Source of the DNA: Eledone cirrhosa
Lineage: Eukaryota
DNA: 64,000 nt
NCBI GenBank assembly: GCA_964016885.1
Contig: OZ024741.1
Span: forward strand, 153,822,001 to 153,886,000
Reading direction: 5' to 3'
Under the pieces are notes generated by a model. That model was not told the origin of the DNA and ran no database searches. It saw only the letters and a program-made list of their open reading frames with translations. The position numbers were made by a program, and so were the translations under genes. This document shows, one piece after another, positions 1-12,172 of this stretch (within the stretch, counting starts at the first letter, position 1; each line of letters begins with the position of its first letter).

Positions 1-430
1 AACTGTATGTTGAAAGTAAAACAATTACATTGTGGAAGAGTCATCTTAGCCACAGTTGTACTTGTATAGCAAGTGACTTGATTTGAAACAATGTGTGTTG
101 AAACTAAAGCAATCATAGCATAGTAAAGTCATTTTAACCACTGTGACTTGATCTGTGACTGTTGAAAATAAAGCAGTTATATTGTGAAAGAGTCATTTTA
201 TCCACAGTTATACTTGTCTCGCAAGTGACTTGACCTGAGACCATGTATTGAAACTAAAACAATTACTTCATGAAAGAGTCAATTTAGCTATTCAGAAAAT
301 CCACTAAGCTATTATATTCACTTTTCATTTATTTTATAGTAAAGAATGTGATGAAAATGCAATAAATAAAAAATGTAAAGAGAACTTAATGCTTTTTGAA
401 TGGCTAAAATAACTCTTCCACAATGTAATA
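1..430. repeat. Degenerate ~75-85 bp tandem units with an inverted partial copy (MITE-like relic)
   Basis: The motif gttgaaa.taaa.caatta...gaaagagtcatttta.ccacagtt recurs about 4 times in 1-300. Positions 393-429 are the reverse complement of its end (attacattgtggaagagttattttagccattc). Confidence 0.5.
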
Positions 431-1896
431 ACAAATAAATATAGTTTGGATTATATCAGTGTTCCAAAATTCTCAAACCTTGAAAGCTGTTATTATATGT
501 TTTTAACAATCTTAAGCTTTTCAAACCCATGCAAACTATAAATAATTTTAAAACCTACACCTTACTTTGTAAATATTTCCCTGTAGAGACAGACAAGTGG
601 GAACAAGGTAGGTTTTGGAATTATCCCAAAATAATTGTTGCTAGATCCTTGATGTATATCCTGCAAACCCCACACCTCTACACCTAAATTGTCTGCCTTA
701 TATCTCCTTTTGTTGCTTTATATTCCAACTAACAACAAATTATATGGAATTCACATTTACAAAATATTTCAATGGATATTTTTTTATTAAATGGTTTGTT
801 TTTTTACTCTGAAAATCGTCCTACTTAATATAAAAATATTATAAAACTAATAAACTATCATCAGTATCATTGATATCTAGTTATCTTTGCTGGCATGGGT
901 TGAATGTGTCTGCCATTCAGTATATATCCAATTGTCACATTCTTTTACCATCTTTTCTGTGATAACCATCATCCTGAATTATTACTTTACTACTACTTCC
1001 TTCATGTTTTGTCTCTAATGGCACCTTCCTTGGTATTTTGTCATGGTATCTTTAATATTAGTATTTTCCAATGGCATCTCTTATGGTATTTACAGTGGTA
1101 TCTTCCAATGGTAATCCTTGTGATATCTTACAATACCTTCAATTGTATCATCCATGGTATCTCCAATAGTATCTTCCACTTCTAGTGTAGAGTGTTTGTT
1201 CAGTTCACAACCATTGTCCACTTGTATCATATATCCAGGCAATTCAATATTTTCTTTCTTGCACTTTGGTTCATGTTATAATAACCAGCCTTTCTGCCAT
1301 CTCACTTGTACTCTTGCCTTTCAGGAACTTTAACATTACACATTTAATAGATCAACTTCAAGCTTATCTCATTTCTCTTTAAACGTTCTAATTTAGTGCA
1401 CATATTTCACTACTAAATATCACACAGCTTACACATACTTCATACAATCTACATTTCACATAAAGACAGAAGCCCTTTCTGTTGTTGCTGTTTAGTCCCA
1501 GACCAAGCCTGTCCCAAATTACAGTTATATATTTTTCTACATATTCCTAACTAGAGACTTAACATTCTTTGAAATCTATGGTGTTCTCTGTTATCTTGGT
1601 GCAAATATTCAGATCAGTGTAGGTACATAGATATATATAATTCAAAATATCTTTTGAGGGTTTTTCTTTCTCAAGCAAATTAATATTACTTGCACAGTAG
1701 CTTTGCACTTCTCCAATAATATTACCATATTTTTAATATCATCCTTAAATATATTTTCTCACATTTATTGCGCATCATTTCTTTCGATCTATCACTAAAT
1801 CACTGCAGTTCAGCTTCCCCCTTTTTTCTGCCCTGACCCCCACCCCAACACAACTTTGCTAACTCTATCTTGCATTGCTATCTCCTGTGCTTATAG

Positions 1897-1980
1897 ACAA
1901 TCCATGTGAAGAAAGTATGGTCCCCAACTCCTATGTCTCCTACAAGTCTGGAGAATGGGACTAATCAGCTTGATGCTGAG
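1897..1980 (+). CDS. Penultimate coding exon of a coronin-like gene (unique region)
   Basis: Acceptor tctcctgtgcttatAG and donor GAG|GTGAGT bound an 84-nt, phase 0-0, open exon: TIHVKKVWSPTPMSPTSLENGTNQLDAE. It splices in frame to the exon at 3932. Confidence 0.7.
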
Positions 1981-2396
1981 GTGAGTAAATAATAGCTCTT
2001 CCCTTGCACTGGAAGCACACCCCTTTCTTACTGTCACTCACTAACCTATATAAACTATTTTTTCACCTCTAGTTGTGGCATTATGTATTCACAAGAGTGG
2101 CAAGTTGCCAGATATTAAATGAAACTGAGCAAATCTCTTCTTTGTGAATATACATTTAGACATTTTAGCACAGATGTTGAGCTCCTAAACATGATTAAAA
2201 CTTCCAGTTAAAAGGTAATGCATCTGATCATTTGGTTTAAGGATCCACACATAACATTGTTCTGTTTTGTATACTCTTCATAATTAACTTAGTCTAGAAC
2301 AACCTAAAAAGAAAAAAAATCTATGAGCACACGTTTTCCTTTAAGACTAACCAATAAAAGAAAAATCATTGGCCCATTTGTTAGAAAATAGCGTTT

Positions 2397-2606
2397 TTAC
2401 CACCCCTGTTCTATGACAGAGTTGTTTATTTGAAAGTATATATATGTATCTAAATGCCTTCAATCATAATTTTATGTACAAAACTTTGTTCCAAATGCCA
2501 GTTTGATAATGAGAAAGTCTACTAAATCCTTCCAAATGCTTATTTTAAAAATTATTTGAAAATTATAACCAGTCTTTCATTAGCAATGTCGTAATGAAAT
2601 GGTTAA
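2397..2606 (+). mobile_element. Partial piggyBac-type MITE copy
   Basis: Collinear similarity to 2771-3003 (catcataattttatgta...gtctttcattag...gaaatggttaa). Confidence 0.45.
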
Positions 2607-2770
2607 GCAACAAATAAATCTATTCTTGTGTAATATATTTTATAATATAACACTTTTAACCATTAAAATAACTTCTTACATTTTGTATCGAATTAAAATA
2701 CTTTTTTTTTTTTCATTTCTTCACCCAAATATGAATTTGCTATTGTGAAATACGTTGGTATTTTGTTTAA

Positions 2771-3003
2771 CCCTTTTGATATTAGTCTACTCCTGGTTCT
2801 ATGATACAAGTTGTCTATTTTTAAATGTTTATCTAAAAACCTTTCATCATAATTTTATGTAAGAATCTTTAAGTTACATTTCAAACAGCGGCTTAATTAT
2901 GAGGGAGTTAATTATATGAAATCCCTCCAAATTTTTTATTATTTTCAAAATGATTTGAACATTTTAAACAGTGTCTTTCATTAGAAACATGGTAGCGAAA
3001 GGG
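2771..3003. mobile_element. piggyBac-type MITE
   Basis: TTAA-CCCTTT ... AAAGGG-TTAA termini, i.e. TTAA target duplication with CCC/GGG ends. Confidence 0.65.
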
Positions 3004-3671
3004 TTAAGAGATGAAATAGGATAAATAAAAGTGAATTATTTCATTAGAAGCTATGAATTGACTTACACCTCCATCTCAGTTTCATTTTGTATTTGGTATT
3101 TGTTCAGATTTAAGAAACTTGATTATTTTTCATATAAGAAAAAAACATGCAGATGTTTCATAGTCCCTTAGACAGGATGTCTAAGGAGATGTATTGAAGG
3201 AGCCAATCCAGTTTGAGGAGCTACATCTTGATCAAACTAAATAGGGAGCTGGTTTGGGGACCTAGGGTACCAGATGTTTCCATCATTATAGGTTCAACAA
3301 AAAACTTTATCAGTTTGTGATTTTCAGCTTATCAGAAAATGAAGCCTGGGCATGACACCAATTTCACCAGGTTCTCTCTGGAGAAAGTATTGCTGCAAAT
3401 CACATTCCAGATTAAGGATTTACCACCTTGGAACGAAGAGATAGTGATGCTGTCCAAGTCTTTTGTCATTCCCTAGCTTCAGCTACAATGGGAAAGTTGC
3501 TCTATCCAAAATATATTTTTACATTAAAACACAAACAGGTAGTGATGCAATAACATATTTATTCTTCAGTAACTTTTCACCATAGACTTATACCAATAGG
3601 TTTGATGGTTTAGGCAGCGCTAATTTTCTTGAAGTTTGTTAATTGTTTAATTATTATTTTTTTTTCTATAA

Positions 3672-3887
3672 GGGCAGTTGATTGTTAGAATTGATAGAGT
3701 ATTAGACAAATGCTTAGTATTTGTTCTGAGTTTAAATCCCGCTGAAGTCAACTTTGCCTTTTATCCTGAGGTCGATAAAATAAAGTGTCAGTAAAATACC
3801 TGGATTGATATAATCAGATTTCCCATCACCCCCCCCCCCCCCCCCAAAAAAAAATGCTGGCCTTGTGCCTGAATTAAAAACCATTAT
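3672..3887 (+). mobile_element. tRNA-derived SINE (family A)
   Basis: B-box-like gagtttaaatccc, core ctttgccttttatcct..ggtcgataaaataaagt, tail gctggccttgtgcc. At least seven copies occur in the window. Confidence 0.7.
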
Positions 3888-3931
3888 TTATTCTCTTTTT
3901 ATTTCTTTTTTTTTCTTCTTGTTTTTTTCAG

Positions 3932-4084
3932 CTACGTAAAGCCTATTTCCAGCAAGTGGAGGAGATCAAAAATCTGAAGGAACAAATGTCGTTGAAGGAC
4001 AAACGTATTCGGCAACTGGAGGAAGAAATTAGCAGTATAAGGCAACACGGGGTTAAAAGTGGTGAAAGTGAGAGTAACTGCTGA
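3932..4084 (+). CDS. Terminal coding exon of a coronin-like gene (coronin-2-type C-terminal coiled coil)
   Basis: Long polypyrimidine tract + CAG at 3929-3931. Translation LRKAYFQQVEEIKNLKEQMSLKDKRIRQLEEEISSIRQHGVKSGESESNC*. It resembles, from memory, the coronin-2 C-terminus (ELLRMFFRQQDEIRRLKEELAQKDIRIRQL...NC). Confidence 0.72.
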   Translation, partial: LRKAYFQQVEEIKNLKEQMSLKDKRIRQLEEEISSIRQHGVKSGESESNC

Positions 4085-4371
4085 ATAAGTACAGCTTCCT
4101 TATAAATGTCATGTAGCACACACACACATACACACATACACCACACACACATACACACACACTGGTTGATTAACTAGTACTGATAGCCATGATTAGGACA
4201 ATGATGTTGATTGGAATCTCTAGAAGGGGAGCTAACTACAGCAATGGGTTTACTCCTACTAATGATGCACATAACAAAATCCTGATTTTTAAACTATATT
4301 ATTGATTTATGGAAATATTTTAAACCATTAGCCATCATCATCATCATTATTATTATTATTATTATTATTAT

Positions 4372-4805
4372 GTCAGTTGATTGGTAGAATCGTTAGAATG
4401 CTGGATAAATTCTTTACAGTATTTTTCCCAACTCTTTAAATTCTGCAATCAAATCCTGGCGAGGTTAGCTTTGCCCTTCATCCTTACAGGGTCGATAAAA
4501 TAAAGTACCAGTAACGCACTGGGGTCGATTTAATCGACTTCCCCCTCCAAAAAAATTGTTGGCCTTGTGCCTAAATCATAAATTATTATTATTAGTAGTA
4601 GATAGCGCATCGGACAACATGCTTTGTGGCATAAAGTTACGGTCCATTACGTTCTGAGTTCAAATCCCGCCAAAGTTAACTTTGTCTTTCATCCTTACAG
4701 GATTGATAAAATAAAGCACCAGTAATGTGCTCAGGTCGATTTAATCGACTTTCCCCCCTCCCCTTCAAATTACTGGCCTTGTGCCTAAAGTAGAAACAAT
4801 TATTA
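4372..4805 (+). mobile_element. Two tandem family-A SINE copies
   Basis: Two copies (~4372-4585 and ~4596-4805) of gttcaaatcccgc...catccttacagg.tcgataaaataaagtaccag...ggccttgtgcctaaa, each followed by (ATT)n. Confidence 0.8.
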
Positions 4806-5109
4806 TTAACAGATATGATAGATATATCCATTAAGAACGCTCTGTACTGCAACTACGACTGTATTACTATTTATCTATTTAGCTGTATTGTAAATTTTAT
4901 GGTAGTTAGGTATTTGTAAGTAATAAACATAGCAAGTGTCACGGTGATGTACAAGTGGAGTCTTGTAGTCTATGGTTGATAACATCAATCTTGAGAAGTA
5001 GAAATAATATTAATAAGTAATGAATATCTAAATATGTAATAAACAAAAATGAAATGACTGCAAATTAAAGAAAGAAATGTATGACCTTATGACAATGATG
5101 ATAACTTTT

Positions 5110-5915
5110 TTTGTAAGGTTTCTCTAGCAATCGGTTGCTAGGTGAGTGTGTTAATTAGCCTCAGATCTCAGAGGCTCAATATATCGCGTAAGATTCTTGC
5201 AGTACTAGTTATGAAGTCGGGGATCCCAAGGCTTTTGATGAAAGATGGTGATTAGTTCTAATAGCACCTGCAAGGTCCTCATAATTATTGATCTTTTCCA
5301 TTTCCTTTTTAGCCACATTGTGATCTTGAGAGACCACAATATCAATTAGAGTCCATTTTGGGAGGATTGTTTGTTTTTCCAACAATATCAGGGCAATTGT
5401 GTTGGATTTTGTGGTCTTGATCTCAAGATCCCGAAATAATTCTACTCTCCCTTGACAGGCAGAATTCAAGGGGAGTATGTTCGAACCATTGACATCGCAT
5501 TTCAATCGTGTATTTTTTGCACAACTCCCAATGGACTCTTTTTACTATAAGATCATGCTGAATTTTATAACATTTTTTGCTAATTGCTCACATCCACTAG
5601 TAATATGTGCCACAGATTCGTCTTCTTTATGTCATACTCTGCAAAGTGGAGAGCAATTTTGTCCATCAATATTAGCTTTCACCCAAATGGTTCTGTGTGC
5701 CTGGTCTTGTGTGGCAGTAATAATAACCTCAGTGTTCTTTTTAACCCAACCTGACTTAAGCCAAACCGAAGACCTAGGGTAAGCAATGTCTTTAATGGCA
5801 GCTGGAAATTTGCCATGGAGAGCCTTTTCTTTCCAAGCCTGTTCTTGTTTCTAAAGGCTTTGTTGAATACTTTCTTACCTTGACTTCTGTTTTAAAGCCT
5901 TCTTTTAGAACTTTT
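5110..5915 (-). mobile_element. 3' fragment of a restriction-like-endonuclease LINE (R4/Dong/NeSL type), decayed
   Basis: Minus strand reads LHGKF...WLKSG...TEVIITATQDQA...SPLCRV*HKEDESVAHITSGC (CCHC knuckle), then QHDLIVKRVHWELC and the RLE-type motif TLIDIVV.QDHN...KEMEKINNYEDLA. Stops and frameshifts are present. Confidence 0.8.
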
Positions 5916-5954
5916 ACAAAAAATAGGATAATAACAGTAATTCTTTTTACAAAA

Positions 5955-6085
5955 ATATAATAATAATTTCTTTTATTGGACACAAGAACCCAAGACATTT
6001 GGGACAATACAAGGACAAAAACAACACTGTGGTGTATTTATATTAAGTAAAGGAAAAGGGGACATCACCAAAGGGAACACTAGGA
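5955..6085 (-). mobile_element. 3' end of a Tx1/L1-like LINE
   Basis: Reverse complement gtccttgtattgtccc...tgtccaataaaagaaattattattat matches the 3' end of the element at 24520-24580. Confidence 0.45.
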
Positions 6086-6461
6086 ATAATAAATATTATT
6101 TTTACAGAAATATAATAGTAATGATGATGATAATAGAAGTAAAGATTTATTAGTTTTATCTGTCAGTTGACCTACATTCCACTAAGAAAGAATCGGTGGT
6201 TTATCATTTAGTTTATCATTAGGAAGATGAGGTATAAAGAGTTAGACGTGTTAATAACTGAATCTCACCAAATAATAGGAATTACACACACATATAGACA
6301 CATACACAACACACACACATACAACATATATTCTTTTTTTCAATTTCTATTTATTTTTTTTCTTTTCATATTTGGAAAAAAATTGTACAAAATATTTCGC
6401 TGAAATGTGTGAAAATGTCTGCCAGTTTGTCTGTCTGTCTGCCTGTCTGTCACTCTCTTAT

Positions 6462-6501
6462 ACACACACACACACACACTTATACTCACTCACACAAACG
6501 T

Positions 6502-6574
<73 letters not shown>
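6462..6574. repeat. (CA)n/(TA)n microsatellite
   Basis: Read directly from the sequence. Confidence 0.95.
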
Positions 6575-6577
<3 letters not shown>

Positions 6578-6884
6578 GAATGTATATATTGGCACATAGA
6601 GTAACAGAGTTCTTCTTAATCATAATAATGACTTGATGCATCTAGCTTCATACGCATTCAGTTGAGAACTACACCTCTGTGTGCAGCCGTATAGTTGCAA
6701 TGTGCACACACACAACCATGTACTGCACATAGCTGTATTGATATTTGTTTTTAAATGTGATTGTCAGAATAAACTGAAATATTTATCCTTTATCATGTTC
6801 TGCTTTACTTTATCTCAAATATTTTGGTCACATTGATGTAACTGAAGAGACCTCCTTAACTATTTTTGGTATGGCTTCTAGTGC

Positions 6885-7270
6885 TGATGCTATGATAAAA
6901 TGCACCTACTATCCTCTGTAAAGTGGTCATGTGGTGCCACAGAAAAGTACACTCTGTAAGGTGGTTGGTATTAGGAATGACATCCAGCCATAGAAGCCAT
7001 ACCAAAAATAGATAAGGAGGACTCTTCAGTTACATCAAGAAACCCCCTAATACTGGTATCAATAAAATGCACCCAGGACACCATGTAAAGTGACGGGGAA
7101 TAAACAGTGCACCCAACTTCAGAAACCATGCCATAACTAGAACATATTGAGTGAGATGTGGTCTTCTGACTCCACTAGGAGAACAATAGCTCCCATTAAA
7201 TACTCATTTAGTCTGTAACAACCCAGCCAATCCATGCCAGCATGGAAAAACAAACATAACATGATGATTA
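6885..7270 (+). mobile_element. Decayed RTE 3' UTR or RTE-tailed SINE
   Basis: gtaaggtggttggtattaggaatgacatccagccatagaa and ccatgccagcatggaaaa...atgatgat match the 3' UTR of the RTE at 17230-17410. Confidence 0.55.
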
Positions 7271-7559
7271 TGAATCATTGTAAGATAGAATTAAAATAGT
7301 TTTAGAAGAGCCAGTAAAATACAAGTTAGAAATAGAGAAATGAAAACTGTAATCTAAAACAAAACAAAAGTTGACAGTTTAACCTTATATTTTGATATTT
7401 TTGGGGTTAAAATCCATTTTTCAAGACAATGGACTATGGTGGTGGTGAGCTGGTCACAAAAATGTAAAAAGTTTAAATTCTTTTTTTGTTTTACTTTGAT
7501 TTTCTTTTAACTAATTTATTTAAAACTTGCATTACATTACAATGTGTGGCTTAGTGAAT

Positions 7560-8100
7560 AGGGTGAGTATAGAAGTGAGATATTGGTGGAGGTTAGTATG
7601 GGTGTGGGAGAATATATAAAAGTGAAACATTGGTAGTGGTAGGCAGGGTGGGGAGAATATATATAGAAGTGAGACATTGGTGGTGGTTGGGTGTTGGAGA
7701 ATGTATATCAGAGAGATATTGATGGTGGTTGGGGTGGGTGTTGGAGAATGTATATGAGATATTGATGGTGGTTAGGTTGGGTGTGGGAGAATGTATATAA
7801 GATATTGATGGTGGTTAGGTTGGGTGTAGGAGAATGTATATAAGATATTGATGGTGGTTAGGTTGGGTGTGGGAGAATGTATATAAGATATTGATGGTGG
7901 TTAGGTTGGGTGTAGGAGAATGTATATAAGATATTGATGGTGGTTAGGTTGGGTGTGGGAGAATGTATATAAGATATTGATGGTGGTTAGGTTGGGTGTG
8001 GGAGAATGTATATAAGATATTGATGGTGGTTAGGTTGGGTGTAGGAGAATGTATATAAGATATTGATGGTGGTTAGGTTGGGTGTGGGAGAATGTATATA
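7560..8100 (+). repeat. 43-bp G-rich minisatellite
   Basis: Unit ggtggttaggttgggtgt(g/a)ggagaatgtatataagatattgat. About 8 near-identical copies at ~7755-8100 are preceded by diverged copies. Confidence 0.9.
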
Positions 8101-9535
8101 AGAGAGCACTCGTGGACATGTGTTGCACGACAACACTAGTGACCACGGAGGTGGTTAAAAAGTGGAGTGGGATGAGCTGTATGAGGGCAGTCGACGGCAG
8201 GGAGATTAGATGCAGAGGTAGCAGCGAGGTGTCGATGGGGGTATGGGGAAGAAAAATTAGGCTTCGGGCGATCGTGATTGACCAGGTGATGGACGGAATT
8301 GATGTAGTAATGGGCATGGATGTGATTGGCTGCCTTGGAGTGAAGTTGGGGTAACGTTTGGTAGTGAGAAGACATCATGTGCAGGGAGATCCACAAAGAA
8401 AATACCATACAGGACATGGATTTCAGGCGGTGTTCGATGGGCAGCGGTGGGTAGTTGAAGGGAGATCCACCAATGCTGAAGAATAGAGTGGGCTGCTATC
8501 AGCACACCCTGAAAGGAAATGCCAGAGCGAGTTTGAGGGAGAGGTACAGAAATGGATCGAGGAGGGTATACTGATTCCCTGGAAGGAGGAGGTAAAGTGT
8601 GGAGTGTTGCCATTAATGGCAGCAGTGCAGCCCATGAAGAACAAGGTTAGGCCGGTGTTGAACTTTCATGAGCTGAACGAACACGTGTCATGCCACACAG
8701 GTGGTGAGGTCATGGATGTTTGCAGGGAAACCTTGTGAGAGTGGAGACGAATGACGGAGTCCTCCACGATTGTCGACTTAAAGTTGGCATATCTGCATAT
8801 TAAAGTCGGCATATCTGCAGTTACACATGGATGAGAAGCTGTGGAAATATCAGCTGGTCAGATATAAGGGCCAGACATACTGCCTGACCAGGCTTGGCTT
8901 CGTCTTAAACTTTGCACCAAAAATCATGACCACGGTCCTCAAGGCCATTCTGGGAAAAGCAGACAAGGTGAGGAGGGCGACCAACTCCTAGATTGACGAC
9001 ATCTTGGTGGACTAGACGGTGGTGTCAGCAGCAGAGGTCTCAGGCCACTTGGGAAGGTTCGGGCCGGAGGTGATGGAAGGAGGAGTCGCGCTAGGACTCC
9101 AGCTGCAAAGAGATAAGACGGGCACACTGGTGTTTCGGAGCGCTAACGAAGTCCCGGAACTGGGCTCCGATATGAATAGACGGGAACTCTTCTCAATGTG
9201 TGGTAAATTGGTGGGCCACTATCCGATCGCTGGGTGGCTGCGGACGGCATGCAGCTATGTCAAGAGACAAGCAGTCTGGGCGAGCTGGGGTGACAGGGCT
9301 GGAGAGAGGACAGTGGCCATGAGGCAGGAGATCGTGGAGAGGGTAAAGGCGTATGACCCAGTGAGAGGACGCTGGTATGTCCCCAAATCGGAGAGCAGGA
9401 CCGTATGGTGTGATGGCAGCAGCATAGCACTAGGGGTCACTCTGGAGATAGGGGGCGTCTAGATCGAGGACGCAGCCTGGCTCAGGAAGGAGGACTGCAA
9501 CCACATCAACGTGGCCAAACTGGATGCTGTGGACA
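8101..9535 (+). mobile_element. Decayed LTR-retrotransposon pol (protease-RT-RNase H), probably Ty3/Gypsy-related
   Basis: Protease ALVD(M)CCTTTLV...VVMGMDVI; RT motifs KVRPVLNFHELN, IVDLK.AYL, TRLGF.LNFAPKIM, S*IDDILV; RNase H WCDGSSIALGV and HINVAKLDAV. Many stops and frameshifts. Confidence 0.85.
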
Positions 9536-9548
9536 GCCCTCTCTTCGC

Positions 9549-9770
9549 TGTTGGTTCTGCAATAAGACGGGTGTGTGAAGACAGACGCTAGTGGAAGTAC
9601 CCCACGTGGACGGTGGAACCAGTGAGATAAGTCCGAATGCTCCGACCACAATATCTTTCTCTCTCCCTATCTCACAATAAAAAGCGTTTTCAATTTCTAA
9701 GAAACTTAAAATTAACACAACGATAGCGGTCCATTCGGAATATTTGGTGTTCAAAATATGTTCTCCGACA
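9549..9770 (+). mobile_element. Possible 3' LTR of the adjacent retrotransposon
   Basis: Begins TGTTGG and ends CCGACA (imperfect inverted ends), contains AATAAA, and directly follows the truncated pol. Confidence 0.35.
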
Positions 9771-10374
9771 CATTTTATCATATATTCGCGAGTAGTGTTT
9801 CTGTATGGTTACTTTTTCAGTGATAGACTTAATCCATCAACCAATTTAACACCACTATCCAGTTCTGAGTTACCTTCCTCGCTCCCTCCCACCAGTCTTG
9901 TTGGCCTCAAAAAGAGTCACGTAGACTGTCCTTCCCTCTCTGAAGATGTTTAACTCCAGATCAATTCTGATCGAGCAAATCTATAATAAGATGCATTCCA
10001 GCCATGATTATACTATCTTTTGATGACTAATATGTCCTTCCTTATATAATACGGTGAAATGTGGTTTGAGGAAAATTTGGCTTATTTTTAAAAGACGCTC
10101 ATTTGTGTAGAGACTTCCACGGTGATTTCTTTCGTTAAGAATGATTATACTCTTTCAAGGAAGGCAATTTTGTCTTCGATATTCAAGAATTACCTCCCCT
10201 GAAACTATAAAATATTTCCTTTGTTTTCTCTGTCTATGGTTTCACCTCGTCTTAACCCTACAAAACATCAAGCTCAACTGCAACAGATATTAGTTGATAA
10301 TATTAACCATAGTGCTTGACCCAGTTTTGGTACAATAAAAAGACACCCCCACCGATTTCAGTGGGAAATAATTT

Positions 10375-10902
10375 TTTTCGTGTGCTGTCAATTAAGCTTA
10401 CCCGCTAATATAGTCCTAAGGACCTTTCCCTCCTCAAAAAAAAAGAAGGGGAGACAGGGTGGGTCCCTCGAATTCCCCCCCCCCCCCCCCTAGTTTACTT
10501 TATCACTTTTTTTCTTTTTTGTTTTGTTTTTTTTCTTGGTGCTACCAACTAATCTTACCTCCAAACATGATGCAAAAGATTTTCCTCCTGAAAACGGAGG
10601 GGGGAGGGGACCCTCATTATTTTCACCCTCTCACTGGGGGTTGGGATTGGGGTTAAGGAATAAAGAACATTCCGGGAGTGGGGCATGTCTGAGGGTTCCC
10701 CATTTCCTCTCTCCATTTCTTGTGGGAAAAATCCTTTGCAGCATGTCTGGAGGTAAGATTAGTTGGTAGCACATGAAAAAAAAAAACTCGGTGTAGTGGG
10801 AGGGCTGAAAAGTCTGAGGGTCCCTTTTACTCCCTCCCCTTTTCTGGGAAAAAGTCTTTAGGACCATATTGGAAGGTAAGTTTAATTGATAGTACATAAA
10901 AA
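10375..10902. mobile_element. Foldback/MITE-like element with two sub-repeats in each inverted arm
   Basis: gtgctaccaactaatcttacctccaaacatg (10539) is inverted at catgtctggaggtaagattagttggtagcac (10742). The outer pair gtgctgtcaattaagcttacc (10383) / ggtaagtttaattgatagtac (10875) is also inverted. Confidence 0.65.
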
Positions 10903-11024
10903 CATAGAAATTTACTGGTATTAATTTTCAATCTCTATTTCTTGAAATAAACGAACATAAAAATAAATGAACACTAAACTTGTGAACCAGTGTAAACATG
11001 AACACTTAGTCACACATACAAACA

Positions 11025-11385
11025 TGCAGGCATGGTTATCGGGTTAAGAAGGTTGCTTTGAAATCAGTATCAGGTTTAATCCTTTAGTATTTACATTATT
11101 CTATATTTACTATTGTATTTCGACTGTAACGGCTTTATCTTACATAATTATCAAATCTATGCAATTTTGATATTATTCATTTTGAGAACAATACCTTAAT
11201 GTCAGTATGAGTGGCTGGTTATGGCTGGTTTGAACAGAAAGAGGTGAGAGAATTCTGGCTGGATATGGCTGGCTTAAATGCTAAAGATTTAATCCCACCG
11301 TGTGGCACATTATGTAAATAACTTCTTCTATAGCCTCAGGTTGACTAAAGCTTTGTGAGATGGAAACTATATGGAAGCCCCTTGT
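11025..11385 (+). mobile_element. tRNA-derived SINE (family B) interrupted by a piggyBac MITE
   Basis: Head catggttatcgggttaagaag, split B-box caggt[TTAA]tcccac, body tatagcctcaggttgactaaagctttgtgag...ggaaact. Confidence 0.55.
11080..11288 (+). mobile_element. piggyBac-type MITE
   Basis: TTAA-tcctttagtattt ... aaatgctaaagat-TTAA. The internal sequence is very similar to 17420-17603. Confidence 0.7.
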
Positions 11386-11489
11386 GTGTGTCTATATTTA
11401 CATCAGTTTGCTTATATGTCCTGTAACTTAGCAACTTAGCAAAAAGAAATCCATAAAATAATTTAAAAAAAAGTGTAAAGTCTATCTCA

Positions 11490-11730
11490 AGCCTGGAGGC
11501 TCATTAGGCCAGTGCTTAACCTGGCTTCCATGGTGTTAAATGCAAGACAGGACAGGACACTAGTCCATCGCAGGATTAAACCCCCAGCTATTGCTGGTAC
11601 TCATTTTCAGCTGAGTATACTGGAATAACATGAAATGAAGTGTTTTACTCAAGAACACAACACAAAACCCAATCCAGGAATCGAACCCGTAACATTGTGA
11701 TTGTATGTCCAACACTCTTACCACTGGAGT
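11490..11730 (-). mobile_element. tRNA-derived SINE (family C)
   Basis: Minus strand has A box gtggtaagagtg and B box gggttcgattcc, then core ctcagctgaaaatgagtaccagc. A second copy lies at ~30955-31200. Confidence 0.7.
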
Positions 11731-11999
11731 TGATATGATTGAATAAAAACTCTTCAAGTCAGTGTCCAAGCATACCATCTGTGAAATGACTAAAACTATG
11801 AACAGAAAACTTATGAATGATCAACATATATTAGTTATGCATCAGCTGTGCTTGTATTTATTTTTACACGCACACATATGCAGACATAAACACATACACA
11901 CGTATGTGCACATATTCACACATACACACATTCATACATACACACATGCACACACACACATGCACACATACATAAATGCACACACAACTAATAGTTTCT

Positions 12000-12172
12000 T
12001 ATTTTGGCACAAGGCCAGCAATTACACCAGTGCATTACTGGTACTTTATTTTATCAACCCATAAGGATGAAAGGAAAAGTAAACCTCGGTGGGATTTGAA
12101 CTCAGAATGTAAAGGGCCCCAACTCTATGCTGGAAAGCATGGTGTCTGACGCTCTGCTGATACTGCCAATAT
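12000..12172 (-). mobile_element. tRNA-derived SINE (family A)
   Basis: Reverse complement of the family-A consensus (ctggtactttattttatc...ggatttgaactcagaa). Confidence 0.75.

Noticed and set aside
7760-8100. Interstitial telomeric repeat (TTAGG)
   Set aside because: Only one ttagg per 43-bp unit, not a tandem telomeric tract.
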